A DNA stretch of 26,151 bases. Origin: a virus. Its lineage: Duplodnaviria; Heunggongvirae; Uroviricota; Caudoviricetes. The position numbers and the translations under genes are program-made. Positions within the stretch are counted from its first letter, which is position 1. Every line of letters starts with the position of its first letter. Location: positions 1 through 26,151 of IMG/VR virus record IMGVR_UViG_3300029288_000128. The stretch is one strand, 5' to 3'. The notes below the pieces were generated by a model, which made no database searches, had not been told where the DNA came from, and saw nothing but the letters and a program-made list of their open reading frames with translations. Shown here piece by piece: positions 1 through 6,622 of the stretch.

Positions 1-851
1 TCATCTTGAAACTCTTTATACTTCTGAAGATCAGCAGAGCGTTTCTTTAAAGCATATAAGCCAGCTTTATTTCTAACCATGATACCTTCGTATCCATCTG
101 AAATATATTCGCTATGCTTATCCATGACTTGAGCTTCGTTGTCAACAAGATATGTTTCAACAAACTTCAGCTTAGAATTGTTATCAATCTGTTGATACAT
201 CTTAGTAACTTCTCTGATTCTAGAATAGAAATCATCTTTGTTTATCATATCAAAGATATGATATTCTAAGTCTTTACTTTGAGGTCTAAGCTTTTTAATG
301 AACGAGATTGCTTCTTGGAATGTATAGTCATGAGAATAAATCTCACCGTCCATGATCATGCCTACATTCATTACTCGAAGTAAGTCTGGTGTCAGATGTT
401 CAAGAGTTGTAAACTCTTTGCCCATCCTGGAATAATACTTGATTGTTTTATCGTCTATCTTTTTAGCTATACATCTTACGCCATCAAGCTTAGGCTGAAC
501 ATAAGCTGGATATACTATATCATGCTTACGTTCCTGGAACTTATGAGCTAGCATTGGAAGCAAGACTTCGTCCTGAATCTTAGCTATGTCTTTGACATAA
601 CCTTTATCTAGCTTATGCTTCCATGTAGCTTCAGCTTCTAGGCAAGCTTGTTCCCATGGCGATGTTGAATTAGAACGTCCTAGATTCTTACCCTCGGTAA
701 TAGTACTCGATGATTCTCTGACTTTGCTATCACCAGCTCCATACTTAACTGTGATTACAGCTTCATTTAAACAACCAGCCACGGAGATCTCCCAATGTTT
801 GATCTTACCTGTACTTGATTGTTCATAAAGCTTAGGAAATTTCTTAATCAT
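1..851 (-). CDS. lig: ATP-dependent DNA ligase (3' end runs off the window)
   Basis: Not in ORF track. Manual translation from ATG at 851: MIKKFPKLYEQSSTGKIKHWEISV...PMLAHKF...YVQPKLDGVRC (motif I KxDG)...MDGEIY (III)...YHIFD (IIIa)...YEGIMVRN (IV)...LQKYKEFQD (V). Confidence 0.96.
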   Translation of the reverse strand, partial: MIKKFPKLYEQSSTGKIKHWEISVAGCLNEAVITVKYGAGDSKVRESSSTITEGKNLGRSNSTSPWEQACLEAEATWKHKLDKGYVKDIAKIQDEVLLPMLAHKFQERKHDIVYPAYVQPKLDGVRCIAKKIDDKTIKYYSRMGKEFTTLEHLTPDLLRVMNVGMIMDGEIYSHDYTFQEAISFIKKLRPQSKDLEYHIFDMINKDDFYSRIREVTKMYQQIDNNSKLKFVETYLVDNEAQVMDKHSEYISDGYEGIMVRNKAGLYALKKRSADLQKYKEFQD

Positions 852-861
852 ATGTTATTAA

Positions 862-1293
862 TTAGACATACCAATTTCTTATGTATGTAAACCACGCTGG
901 TTCTTTACTTATCGCTTGATTAAAATATTTTTTAGACACTTTAGTGTGTGACCAATTCTTGATTCCGGGTGGCAATTCTTTTTTAGGATCCATTCTTGGC
1001 CAAGAAGATTCAATAGTAGTAAACGATCCTACATTATGTATGCCTCTGAGTCGTAGTACTAATCTGACTTCATACTTATGGACTTGATTAACACCTAATG
1101 TCTTATAAGAAAAGACAGCTTGGTCCCATATATCTGGGTTTGTAAACAAATCAAACAATACCTTTCTACCTTGGGGCCAACGCTTTATTATATTTCTTAT
1201 AAAATTAGTTGTAACATTATGATCAAACTTTAACACCGATCCTAACGCTACAAGCTGACCATCTGAAAACTTTATATCTTTTTCTTCTTGCAT
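862..1293 (-). CDS. Hypothetical protein (143 aa)
   Basis: ORF track; tightly packed, co-oriented, overlaps the upstream ORF end. Confidence 0.75.
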   Translation of the reverse strand: MQEEKDIKFSDGQLVALGSVLKFDHNVTTNFIRNIIKRWPQGRKVLFDLFTNPDIWDQAVFSYKTLGVNQVHKYEVRLVLRLRGIHNVGSFTTIESSWPRMDPKKELPPGIKNWSHTKVSKKYFNQAISKEPAWFTYIRNWYV

Positions 1294-1709
1294 TTAGTTG
1301 TTGGTTTGTCTGGTTCTATGAACGCGACACCATCTATCTTCAGTTCTTTTAGAACATCGACAATACTTTTAAGATAGTCCTGTAGGCCATCTAATTTATC
1401 AATAGGCTTATCGACCAAAGCCTTGATTAGTAACACCTTGTCTGATGTATGCTGATCATAAGGTATAGTACATCCTTGAAATCCATCGGCATAACTATTG
1501 CGATACTCTTTGCCACGAGTATACATACCGCAATGCGCACCTTGCTTCTCTGCCTCCTTGATAGTATCTGCATTAAGATACATAGTATCTGGAAGCAAAT
1601 GCTTGGAAGTTATACAATACGGATGGGGTTTATGATTGACATTGTCAATCGACCTAAGTTCAAAGTCTTTCGACTCTGGCTTAGGAATCTTTTTGATTTC
1701 TTCATCCAT
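1272..1709 (-). CDS. Hypothetical protein (145 aa)
   Basis: ORF track; ATG in A/T-rich context; packed between neighbours. Confidence 0.8.
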   Translation of the reverse strand: MDEEIKKIPKPESKDFELRSIDNVNHKPHPYCITSKHLLPDTMYLNADTIKEAEKQGAHCGMYTRGKEYRNSYADGFQGCTIPYDQHTSDKVLLIKALVDKPIDKLDGLQDYLKSIVDVLKELKIDGVAFIEPDKPTTKCKKKKI

Positions 1710-1713
1710 AAAG

Positions 1714-2070
1714 TTATTTTAATAATAAACAGACTCGGATTAAGTCCTTGGTTGTTGAGCAAGCAAAGACCTCCTTGTACTTCTTTGGGAATATTATCTC
1801 CAATGAGAACTCTGTGTGCTTAGTGCTTTTCTCCTGACAGAATATTGTTATGTGAGGTTTATCGACCTTGCCTTTAATAATAGTACCTAAGATTGGCAAA
1901 TCTTGAAAGTACATGCCCTCTACGTCAATATCTATCAATGATAATCCATCCGAACAATTACATGGATCATCCCAATTATAATAGGATTTAACGCGCACAC
2001 GCTTTTTGCTAATAACCTTTTTGTTTTTGCTATAATGTTTTATGATACTGATCACGCAATGTTCTATCAT
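1714..2070 (-). CDS. Hypothetical protein (118 aa)
   Basis: ORF track; co-oriented, 4-nt gap to the next gene. Confidence 0.7.
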   Translation of the reverse strand: MIEHCVISIIKHYSKNKKVISKKRVRVKSYYNWDDPCNCSDGLSLIDIDVEGMYFQDLPILGTIIKGKVDKPHITIFCQEKSTKHTEFSLEIIFPKKYKEVFACSTTKDLIRVCLLLK

Positions 2071-2085
2071 ATTGATATCATTAAT

Positions 2086-2101
2086 GTGAATTTGTATTCA
2101 C
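2086..2101. promoter_or_regulatory. GTGAA-N6-TTCAC palindrome, copy 1 (GTGAATTTGTATTCAC)
   Basis: Intergenic; exact reverse complement of the copy at 22775-22790. Confidence 0.7.
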
Positions 2102-2104
2102 TGA

Positions 2105-2368
2105 TTAATTAGTTGGTACTAATACCAAAGCCTTAGGGCCTTCGCCTATATCATTTTCTGACCAGCCTTGAGCTTCTAACTCAGGAGTTAGTTTCTCTAA
2201 GGCAACTTCGCCTCCGCTCCAACCTGAGTCTGGATCAGTTTCATAGGTAGCATTATCATCTAAGCTATCCAAAGGACTGAAGCCATTACCCTCAGAATCT
2301 TTCTGAAGAATGACTATACGATCTTCATCGATGCCTTCTAAAGCTTTTTTAAGTTCGCCTACTGTCAT
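2105..2368 (-). CDS. Acidic phage hypothetical protein (87 aa)
   Basis: ORF track; MTVGELKKALE...D-x-EGN pattern typical of small phage proteins. Confidence 0.85.
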   Translation of the reverse strand: MTVGELKKALEGIDEDRIVILQKDSEGNGFSPLDSLDDNATYETDPDSGWSGGEVALEKLTPELEAQGWSENDIGEGPKALVLVPTN

Positions 2369-2370
2369 AT

Positions 2371-2559
2371 TTATTTCTTTATCTGTCTGGCCAGGACAGT
2401 AATTAAATCGGCCTGTGTGCCTATTGATGTATATACTTCAGCTATCTGCTCGCTGCATTCATATGATACTCGGCTTTCAACCAAGTCCATACGACGCTCG
2501 ACATAGCAGAACACAATAGTAAAGCATAGAACAATAATAAGAAATGGTAATAATTTCAT
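2371..2559 (-). CDS. Small membrane protein (62 aa, N-terminal hydrophobic helix)
   Basis: LLPFLIIVLCFTIVFCYV hydrophobic stretch; ATGA overlap with the upstream ORF. Confidence 0.75.
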   Translation of the reverse strand: MKLLPFLIIVLCFTIVFCYVERRMDLVESRVSYECSEQIAEVYTSIGTQADLITVLARQIKK

Positions 2560-2723
2560 GGCTGTGGATCAAGGTCCTTTTGAGTTTGGCACTTTGTACA
2601 GATGGCATATGTGAAGACTTCTCCTTCCATATCTACATCTTGATGTCCAACCCGTGCCGTGCCACAATCAGGACACTTAGTTAAATATTTATATCTATGC
2701 TTGTAACCTTTAGGTACTGGCAT
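2556..2723 (-). CDS. Small zinc-ribbon protein (55 aa)
   Basis: Not in track. Manual translation MPVPKGYKHRYKYLTKCPDCGTARVGHQDVDMEGEVFTYAICTKCQTQKDLDPQP*; CxxC...CxxC; stop overlaps the next start (ATGA). Confidence 0.8.
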   Translation of the reverse strand: MPVPKGYKHRYKYLTKCPDCGTARVGHQDVDMEGEVFTYAICTKCQTQKDLDPQP

Positions 2724-3024
2724 ATGTTCTATTGTTTAATCCTATAATAACTTTATGTTCCTTCGGGCTATCATTGCCATGTAGCTTTTTGTAACAACAA
2801 GGATGATTAACTGTCCAGCCATACTTGCGTAAAAACAAAAATTGTTTTCTAATAGTAGCGAACTTCTTGCAATGATCACAAACATCTACAACTTGCCTGA
2901 CGCCTCTGAATCTACCTGAACCTAATTTATAATCTGGTTCATGATTCAAAAGTCCATTAGCAAGTTTCTCAGCTGGTGGAACATACTTAGCTGGCCTCAC
3001 ATTGGGCCGTTTATGTATTGCCAT
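2710..3024 (-). CDS. Hypothetical protein with possible Zn-binding residues (104 aa)
   Basis: ORF track; CDHC...HPCC. Confidence 0.75.
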   Translation of the reverse strand: MAIHKRPNVRPAKYVPPAEKLANGLLNHEPDYKLGSGRFRGVRQVVDVCDHCKKFATIRKQFLFLRKYGWTVNHPCCYKKLHGNDSPKEHKVIIGLNNRTYAST

Positions 3025-3028
3025 AGAA

Positions 3029-3292
3029 TTAAGACCTTAATGCTTTTTCAATCATGTCTGCCGTCTCCGGCTTAACAAGATCGAGTAGCTTGGTTTGATT
3101 AACAGGATCAAACATGGCAACCATGTACCAAGCATTGTCGTCTATGTTTTGAATGTCCTCTATTCTGCCTAGCTTTTCATCTACATAACCGTATGTATTA
3201 TCATACGATTTCCAAAGCTTAATCGCCGAAGCCTTGATGTCATCAAAGACTTCTTGGGATGGAGCTTCGTAGTAATCGAATTCTCTTGACAT
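3029..3292 (-). CDS. Phage hypothetical protein (MSREFDYYEAPSQEVFDDIK..., 87 aa)
   Basis: ORF track gives 3029..3355. The ATG at 3292 is preferred because the extension crosses an AT-rich repeat region. Confidence 0.8.
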   Translation of the reverse strand: MSREFDYYEAPSQEVFDDIKASAIKLWKSYDNTYGYVDEKLGRIEDIQNIDDNAWYMVAMFDPVNQTKLLDLVKPETADMIEKALRS

Positions 3293-3349
3293 ATAAGTAT
3301 TAATTAATTGTAATATACTACAGTAATGTAATATACTATTGACATATAA
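3286..3349. repeat. Nested direct repeats: TTGACATATAA x2 (3286, 3339) flanking TGTAATATACTA x2 (3309, 3327)
   Basis: Read directly from the sequence. Confidence 0.8.
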
Positions 3350-3381
3350 TGGCAACTATGTTATACCTCGTTGACCTTTAA

Positions 3382-3429
3382 TCAATAATAAAAAGACTGG
3401 GCTAATATTAGCACCAATCTTATTATTGA
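3382..3429 (-). terminator. Rho-independent terminator
   Basis: Minus-strand AGAUUGG(U)GCUA-auau-UAGCCCAGUCU followed by UUUUAUU; one U-G pair favours the minus strand. Confidence 0.75.
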
Positions 3430-3475
3430 ATCGAGTTCATGATTGCACATGTTACTTCTAGAAAATGAGCAATTA

Positions 3476-3491
3476 GTGAAGACGTCTTCAC
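3476..3491. promoter_or_regulatory. GTGAA-N6-TTCAC palindrome, copy 2 (GTGAAGACGTCTTCAC, perfect)
   Basis: Perfect 16-bp palindrome 1 nt after the stop of ORF 3493..3771. Confidence 0.7.
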
Positions 3492-3492
3492 A

Positions 3493-3771
3493 TTACTCTT
3501 TCGTTTGCACTTCTTCTATCCCATGAAGCTCCTTGATGCGCTTGTTAACCGCTGGTTCAACGACAGCTCGGGCCTCCTCAAAGCTATCATGAGTAACACC
3601 AAAGTCCTCTGTCTCGAACTTCTTATTGGGGTTGTAGTTACTAAGAGTGATCTTCCTTTGGTAGTGGAAGTCTCTTGGGCCTAACTTGACTCGGGCCTCT
3701 GTCTCTATAGGAGTTTGGGCCTTTGCCTTCGCATCTTCTATAGACTGATCTAAAGATACTTGATTAGACAT
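3493..3771 (-). CDS. Hypothetical protein (92 aa)
   Basis: ORF track; ATG start, plausible composition. Confidence 0.85.
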   Translation of the reverse strand: MSNQVSLDQSIEDAKAKAQTPIETEARVKLGPRDFHYQRKITLSNYNPNKKFETEDFGVTHDSFEEARAVVEPAVNKRIKELHGIEEVQTKE

Positions 3772-3772
3772 A

Positions 3773-3907
3773 CTAAGAATCGGGCCGTCTATTTACACTG
3801 ATCAAACACTCAGAGAAGAGAGATAGAATGTTCTCTCCTTTACTAAAGAATGAGGTAATAATTATTCTCTCCTTGTGAGGTAGAAGCAGAGATAAAATAG
3901 AAAGCAT
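3773..3907 (-). CDS. Possible small ORF (44 aa)
   Basis: Not in track. MLSILSLLLPHKERIIITSFFSKGENILSLFSECLISVNRRPDS*; TAATG overlap with the upstream stop and ends 1 nt before the next ATG. Confidence 0.45.
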   Translation of the reverse strand: MLSILSLLLPHKERIIITSFFSKGENILSLFSECLISVNRRPDS

Positions 3908-4098
3908 TAGTGAATTAAAGTGTAAATGAAATAGCATGCAGCAATTATGACTAATATTAAAGCAAACTTACGTCCTAAAGCCCCTCGACGATAGAGATTA
4001 AGACGTTCCTGACGGGCACTGCTTGCCCTATAAGGTGAGAACAAAGCATCTAATTTGTCACGGCCATCTGATAACAATGCTTGTAATTTCATAGGCAT
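3907..4098 (-). CDS. Small membrane protein (63 aa, C-terminal TM helix)
   Basis: FALILVIIAACYFIYTLI hydrophobic tail. Confidence 0.7.
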   Translation of the reverse strand: MPMKLQALLSDGRDKLDALFSPYRASSARQERLNLYRRGALGRKFALILVIIAACYFIYTLIH

Positions 4099-4111
4099 TT
4101 TATATTAATTT

Positions 4112-4161
4112 ATATAACATATAAAATATATAAATGCTACCAAGAACGTGGGTTAGACCAC
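4112..4161 (-). promoter_or_regulatory. Bipartite promoter-like element, copy A
   Basis: Plus-strand CGTGGGTTAGACCAC at 4147; minus-strand TATGTTATAT 25 nt downstream; 13 nt from ATG 4098. Confidence 0.55.
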
Positions 4162-4371
4162 TGCTATATCACAACCACAGGCGTATTTCTCTCCCAGTTT
4201 CATACGATTATGAATAGGACAGAATGCCGGGGCAAGCTTAATCTGCTCTGACTTGGCTAATGTTGGCACAATATAGCCTATAACCTTTCCGTTCTTAGTA
4301 ATAGCCAATGGTAAGGCAGTTAGTTCCTTTGACAAACTGCTCCTAAGAAGTTTTATATTTATTTTTCTCAT
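4153..4371 (-). CDS. Phd/YefM antitoxin-like DNA-binding protein with Cys/His-rich tail (72 aa)
   Basis: MRKINIKLLRSSLSKELTALPLAITKNGKVIGYIVP fits the Phd/YefM beta-alpha-alpha-beta-beta pattern (ITxxG+); C-terminal CPIH...CGC. Confidence 0.65.
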   Translation of the reverse strand: MRKINIKLLRSSLSKELTALPLAITKNGKVIGYIVPTLAKSEQIKLAPAFCPIHNRMKLGEKYACGCDIAVV

Positions 4372-4404
4372 AATGATATTGCTAATATTAAACTAAATAA
4401 AAAT

Positions 4405-4442
4405 AATAGTGTACACAATAGGTACTAAAAGTGTACACTATT
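4405..4442. promoter_or_regulatory. Operator: two GTGTACAC palindromes within a 12-bp inverted repeat
   Basis: AATAGTGTACAC (4405-4416), 14-nt spacer, GTGTACACTATT (4431-4442); overlaps the -10 box of the promoter below. Confidence 0.7.
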
Positions 4443-4477
4443 CTATGATTAAAGTCAACTAACGTGGGTCTGACTAC
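4428..4477 (-). promoter_or_regulatory. Bipartite promoter-like element, copy B
   Basis: CGTGGGTCTGACTAC at 4463, 4 nt upstream of the -35 box; TGTACACTTT at the same 25-nt offset as the other copies. Confidence 0.6.
4430..4458 (-). promoter_or_regulatory. sigma70-type promoter TTGACT-N17-TACACT
   Basis: Minus-strand -35 at 4458-4453 and -10 at 4435-4430, upstream of ORF 4153..4371. Confidence 0.7.
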
Positions 4478-4492
4478 TCCCGCCTGGGATAA

Positions 4493-4524
4493 CAAAAAGA
4501 AAGGGAGTAGCCGAAGCCACTCCC
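4493..4524 (-). terminator. Rho-independent terminator
   Basis: Minus-strand GGGAGUGGC-uucg-GCUACUCCC followed by UUUCUUUUU, just after the stop at 4541. Confidence 0.9.
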
Positions 4525-4540
4525 AATCTTTCTTAACCTA

Positions 4541-4861
4541 CTACTGTGTAACCTCGTCATCTTGAACTAAGGCAACGAAGAAGTCTGGTTGTTTATCACC
4601 TGCGACCTTACGATTGTTAGGTTGTAGGTATAACCTGTCACCTGGTTTCAAAGTCACGGCGTCGAAACGGTCAACCATTTTGCCGTCCTTGTCCTTAGAC
4701 TGTCTGCCAATGTTGACAGAGTAACCACCACCTTTGGCTTTCCAAGCGGCGCCAATTGATGGCCAGAAATTTCTTGGTCTTTCAGCTTCTGAGAAGCCGT
4801 TCGCGTAAGCGATTGTTGCTTTTGACATACTTTTTGTGTAGCAATGAAATGATAGATTCAT
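4541..4861 (-). CDS. DUF736-like protein (probable true start ATG 4828, MSKAT...)
   Basis: IGAAWK and NNRK..DKQPDFFV segments resemble DUF736 motifs (recognised by eye). Confidence 0.7.
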   Translation of the reverse strand: MNLSFHCYTKSMSKATIAYANGFSEAERPRNFWPSIGAAWKAKGGGYSVNIGRQSKDKDGKMVDRFDAVTLKPGDRLYLQPNNRKVAGDKQPDFFVALVQDDEVTQ

Positions 4862-4887
4862 CTAACATCTAATGCTAGCGTTAAATA

Positions 4888-5196
4888 TTAAATTAAGCCT
4901 TTATCTTTGGCGTAGTGTAGGGCATTAAGCACACCCGCCGATTCATCTTGATGACATTCAGTCCTAATGAACTTCTCTTGTTCACCTAAGGTAGGGAATG
5001 TCGTTGCTGTTTGGAGGACAGCAAAGCCTTTGTCAGTCACGCCTTGTTCTCTAGCCCAGCTAGGCGTGCTGATTTCGAAGAATAGCTTCATAAGACAAGC
5101 ATTATGAATTAAGCGAACTTGTTTATCGAGTCGACCTTTATAAATAAGTTCATACATATCAGTTATTTGCTTCCGAGAACGTGGGTCAGACACCAC
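4888..5196 (-). CDS. Hypothetical protein (start uncertain: GTG 5196, ATG 5157 or ATG 5091)
   Basis: ORF track; the annotated start lies inside a repeated promoter-like motif, so a downstream ATG is more likely. Confidence 0.65.
   Translation of the reverse strand: MVSDPRSRKQITDMYELIYKGRLDKQVRLIHNACLMKLFFEISTPSWAREQGVTDKGFAVLQTATTFPTLGEQEKFIRTECHQDESAGVLNALHYAKDKGLI
5145..5196 (-). promoter_or_regulatory. Bipartite promoter-like element, copy C
   Basis: CGTGGGTCAGACACCAC at 5180; minus-strand TATGAACTTA 25 nt downstream. Confidence 0.65.
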
Positions 5197-5231
5197 GAGT
5201 GGATGGCGAAGCTTATCAATTACGTAATAAT

Positions 5232-5259
5232 AAAAAAGGCGATACCGTGAGGTACCGCC
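5232..5259 (-). terminator. Rho-independent terminator
   Basis: Minus-strand GGCGGUACC-ucac-GGUAUCGCC followed by UUUUUU. Confidence 0.9.
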
Positions 5260-5264
5260 ATTAA

Positions 5265-5429
5265 TTATACTTCAGCTCTCTTTAAGCTTGACACATAGTG
5301 CCAAGACTGCGAGAACTGACAGACTGGACAATCAAACCAAAGTATCTTGTCTTCATTCTGTTTAACATAACCAAGAGCTTGACACTTTGGGCAAATGATT
5401 GTGAAGTAAACAATTTTCTTTTTTGCCAT
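5265..5429 (-). CDS. Small zinc-ribbon protein (54 aa)
   Basis: Not in track. MAKKKIVYFTIICPKCQALGYVKQNEDKILWFDCPVCQFSQSWHYVSSLKRAEV*; CPKC...CPVC; followed directly by a terminator. Confidence 0.8.
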   Translation of the reverse strand: MAKKKIVYFTIICPKCQALGYVKQNEDKILWFDCPVCQFSQSWHYVSSLKRAEV

Positions 5430-5458
5430 AAGATTATATTTAAGAATTAGCTAAGTTA

Positions 5459-5474
5459 GTGAAGATGTATTCAC
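5459..5474. promoter_or_regulatory. GTGAA-N6-TTCAC palindrome, copy 3 (GTGAAGATGTATTCAC)
   Basis: Intergenic; the stem extends to 12 bp on the minus strand with one G-U pair. Confidence 0.7.
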
Positions 5475-5502
5475 TAACCTAAGCCAAGTCTTAAGCACGC
5501 AG

Positions 5503-5652
5503 TTAAGCTTGATGTTGGCCTGAAGCCTGGTCATCTAGAAATTCTAGCTGGCCTACTTCAGTGTTAAGTATCTTACGGCCAAGGGCTGTAAGTTTAACAT
5601 TGTGCCTGTTGCTTGAACTACAGGCGAAGTTGATTGCATCTTGTGTGTACAT
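5503..5652 (-). CDS. Possible small ORF (49 aa)
   Basis: Not in track. MYTQDAINFACSSSNRHNVKLTALGRKILNTEVGQLEFLDDQASGQHQA*; first ATG downstream of promoter-like copy D. Confidence 0.45.
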   Translation of the reverse strand: MYTQDAINFACSSSNRHNVKLTALGRKILNTEVGQLEFLDDQASGQHQA

Positions 5653-5670
5653 AGATGTAAGTTAATTAAT

Positions 5671-5720
5671 TAAGTTCATAAGTAATTGATAAGCGCAGCC
5701 AATACCGTGGGTCAGACTAC
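5671..5720 (-). promoter_or_regulatory. Bipartite promoter-like element, copy D
   Basis: CGTGGGTCAGACTAC at 5706; minus-strand TATGAACTTA 25 nt downstream, identical to copy C. Confidence 0.65.
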
Positions 5721-6119
5721 GGCATGGCAGGTAGGTCAATGGCCGTAAGTATATATGTGTATTAATATCTGATTCCCCCATGTCTCTATATATGTATGTG
5801 TGTGTGTATAGTAAGCCCCACCAGTTAAATTATTTTTATTTCCCAGAGGATCCCGTTCCTTGGTTGACACTCGGTTAACACTCCCTTTCATGAACTTGAT
5901 CATAAGTTACTCATAAACTTCTCTACTTATGTAATAGATGGTAAAGGCCCGGTCCAGTCCACAAAGCGTTATATTATAGTTACTATCTCTGGACTAGTTC
6001 ATAGAATTAGAGACTATTACACCATGGCCCGGGAACTCTATACACAGTCTTGTCCCAAGTATTAATTAATAACAAATTGATAGGTTTTAATATCACGAAG
6101 ATTAGCCAAACTAAAGGCC

Positions 6120-6147
6120 TTGACATATCGTGTGGATGTGCTATACT
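6120..6147 (+). promoter_or_regulatory. sigma70-type promoter TTGACA-N16-TATACT with extended -10 (TGc)
   Basis: TTGACA 6120-6125; TG 6139-6140; TATACT 6142-6147. Confidence 0.7.
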
Positions 6148-6201
6148 GGTAGGGTAATAATAACGCACGTCTCCATGATTAAATTGCCCCACAATTGATC
6201 T

Positions 6202-6241
6202 AACCAACGGGCCCAACAGGCCTGGTTTTTGTTGTGTTTTT
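6202..6241 (+). terminator. Putative Rho-independent terminator
   Basis: AACCA(acg)GGCC-caaca-GGCCUGGUU followed by a U-rich tract. Confidence 0.5.
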
Positions 6242-6245
6242 AATA

Positions 6246-6600
6246 ATTACCGGAATGGTTAATGGTACATGGTACCAACGTTAACCTCCTTGGCGTTCCA
6301 TTCTGGTGATCATTAAGTACATAAGAGTGAAGATGTCTTCACTTACAATTCAGTGTTGTAGCGTTTAGGGGAAGGCTACCAGAAAACATCTCCTTAATAA
6401 CTTTGCTTTGTGATCAAATAAAATCGCCGCTCTGCCCAGGCCCCGCAACGGCGACTGTGATTTGGTCATAAAGAAAGATGACGACATCCGTGGAAACAGG
6501 GCACGGGTACTTAGTCATAAACACTGATACATAGCCCCAGCTTCTCTACATGAAGCTAACTAAACTCTAATTCACAGGGAATGGGGCCTTAGTACCCAAA
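6246..6600 (+). ncRNA. Candidate structured RNA or long structured leader (family not recognised)
   Basis: Stems 6246-6258/6298-6310 (13 bp, 2 G-U), 6401-6419/6460-6477 (18 bp, 2 G-U, inner 6-bp stem), 6505-6511/6591-6597, 6534-6539/6582-6587, 6540-6544/6552-6556; no long plus-strand ORF seen. Confidence 0.45.
6327..6342. promoter_or_regulatory. GTGAA-N6-TTCAC palindrome, copy 4 (GTGAAGATGTCTTCAC)
   Basis: Intergenic, inside the structured region. Confidence 0.7.
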
Positions 6601-6622
6601 AGGCATTACTAGATACACGACA

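Noticed and set aside
1449-1823. Plus-strand 124-aa ORF
   Set aside because: Antisense to two well-packed minus-strand genes; no promoter or start context.
4147-5720. Repeated CGTGGGTCAGAC motif as a CRISPR repeat
   Set aside because: Irregular spacing (about 300-700 bp) with genes in between, too short, and no cas genes.
5787-5810. Short (TA)/(TG)n alternating tract
   Set aside because: Too short to argue for phase variation or Z-DNA function without variant data.
6007-6216. Minus-strand 69-aa ORF
   Set aside because: Non-ATG start, overlaps the plus-strand promoter and hairpins, no recognisable features.
6246-6600. RNase P, group I intron, tmRNA or SRP identity for the structured region
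   Set aside because: Only fragmentary resemblance (CCAGAAAA, GACUG/UAGUC, CAGGCCCC). GGAAAGUCC, a complete P7 with J8/7, tRNA-like ends and the SRP domain IV motif are absent.
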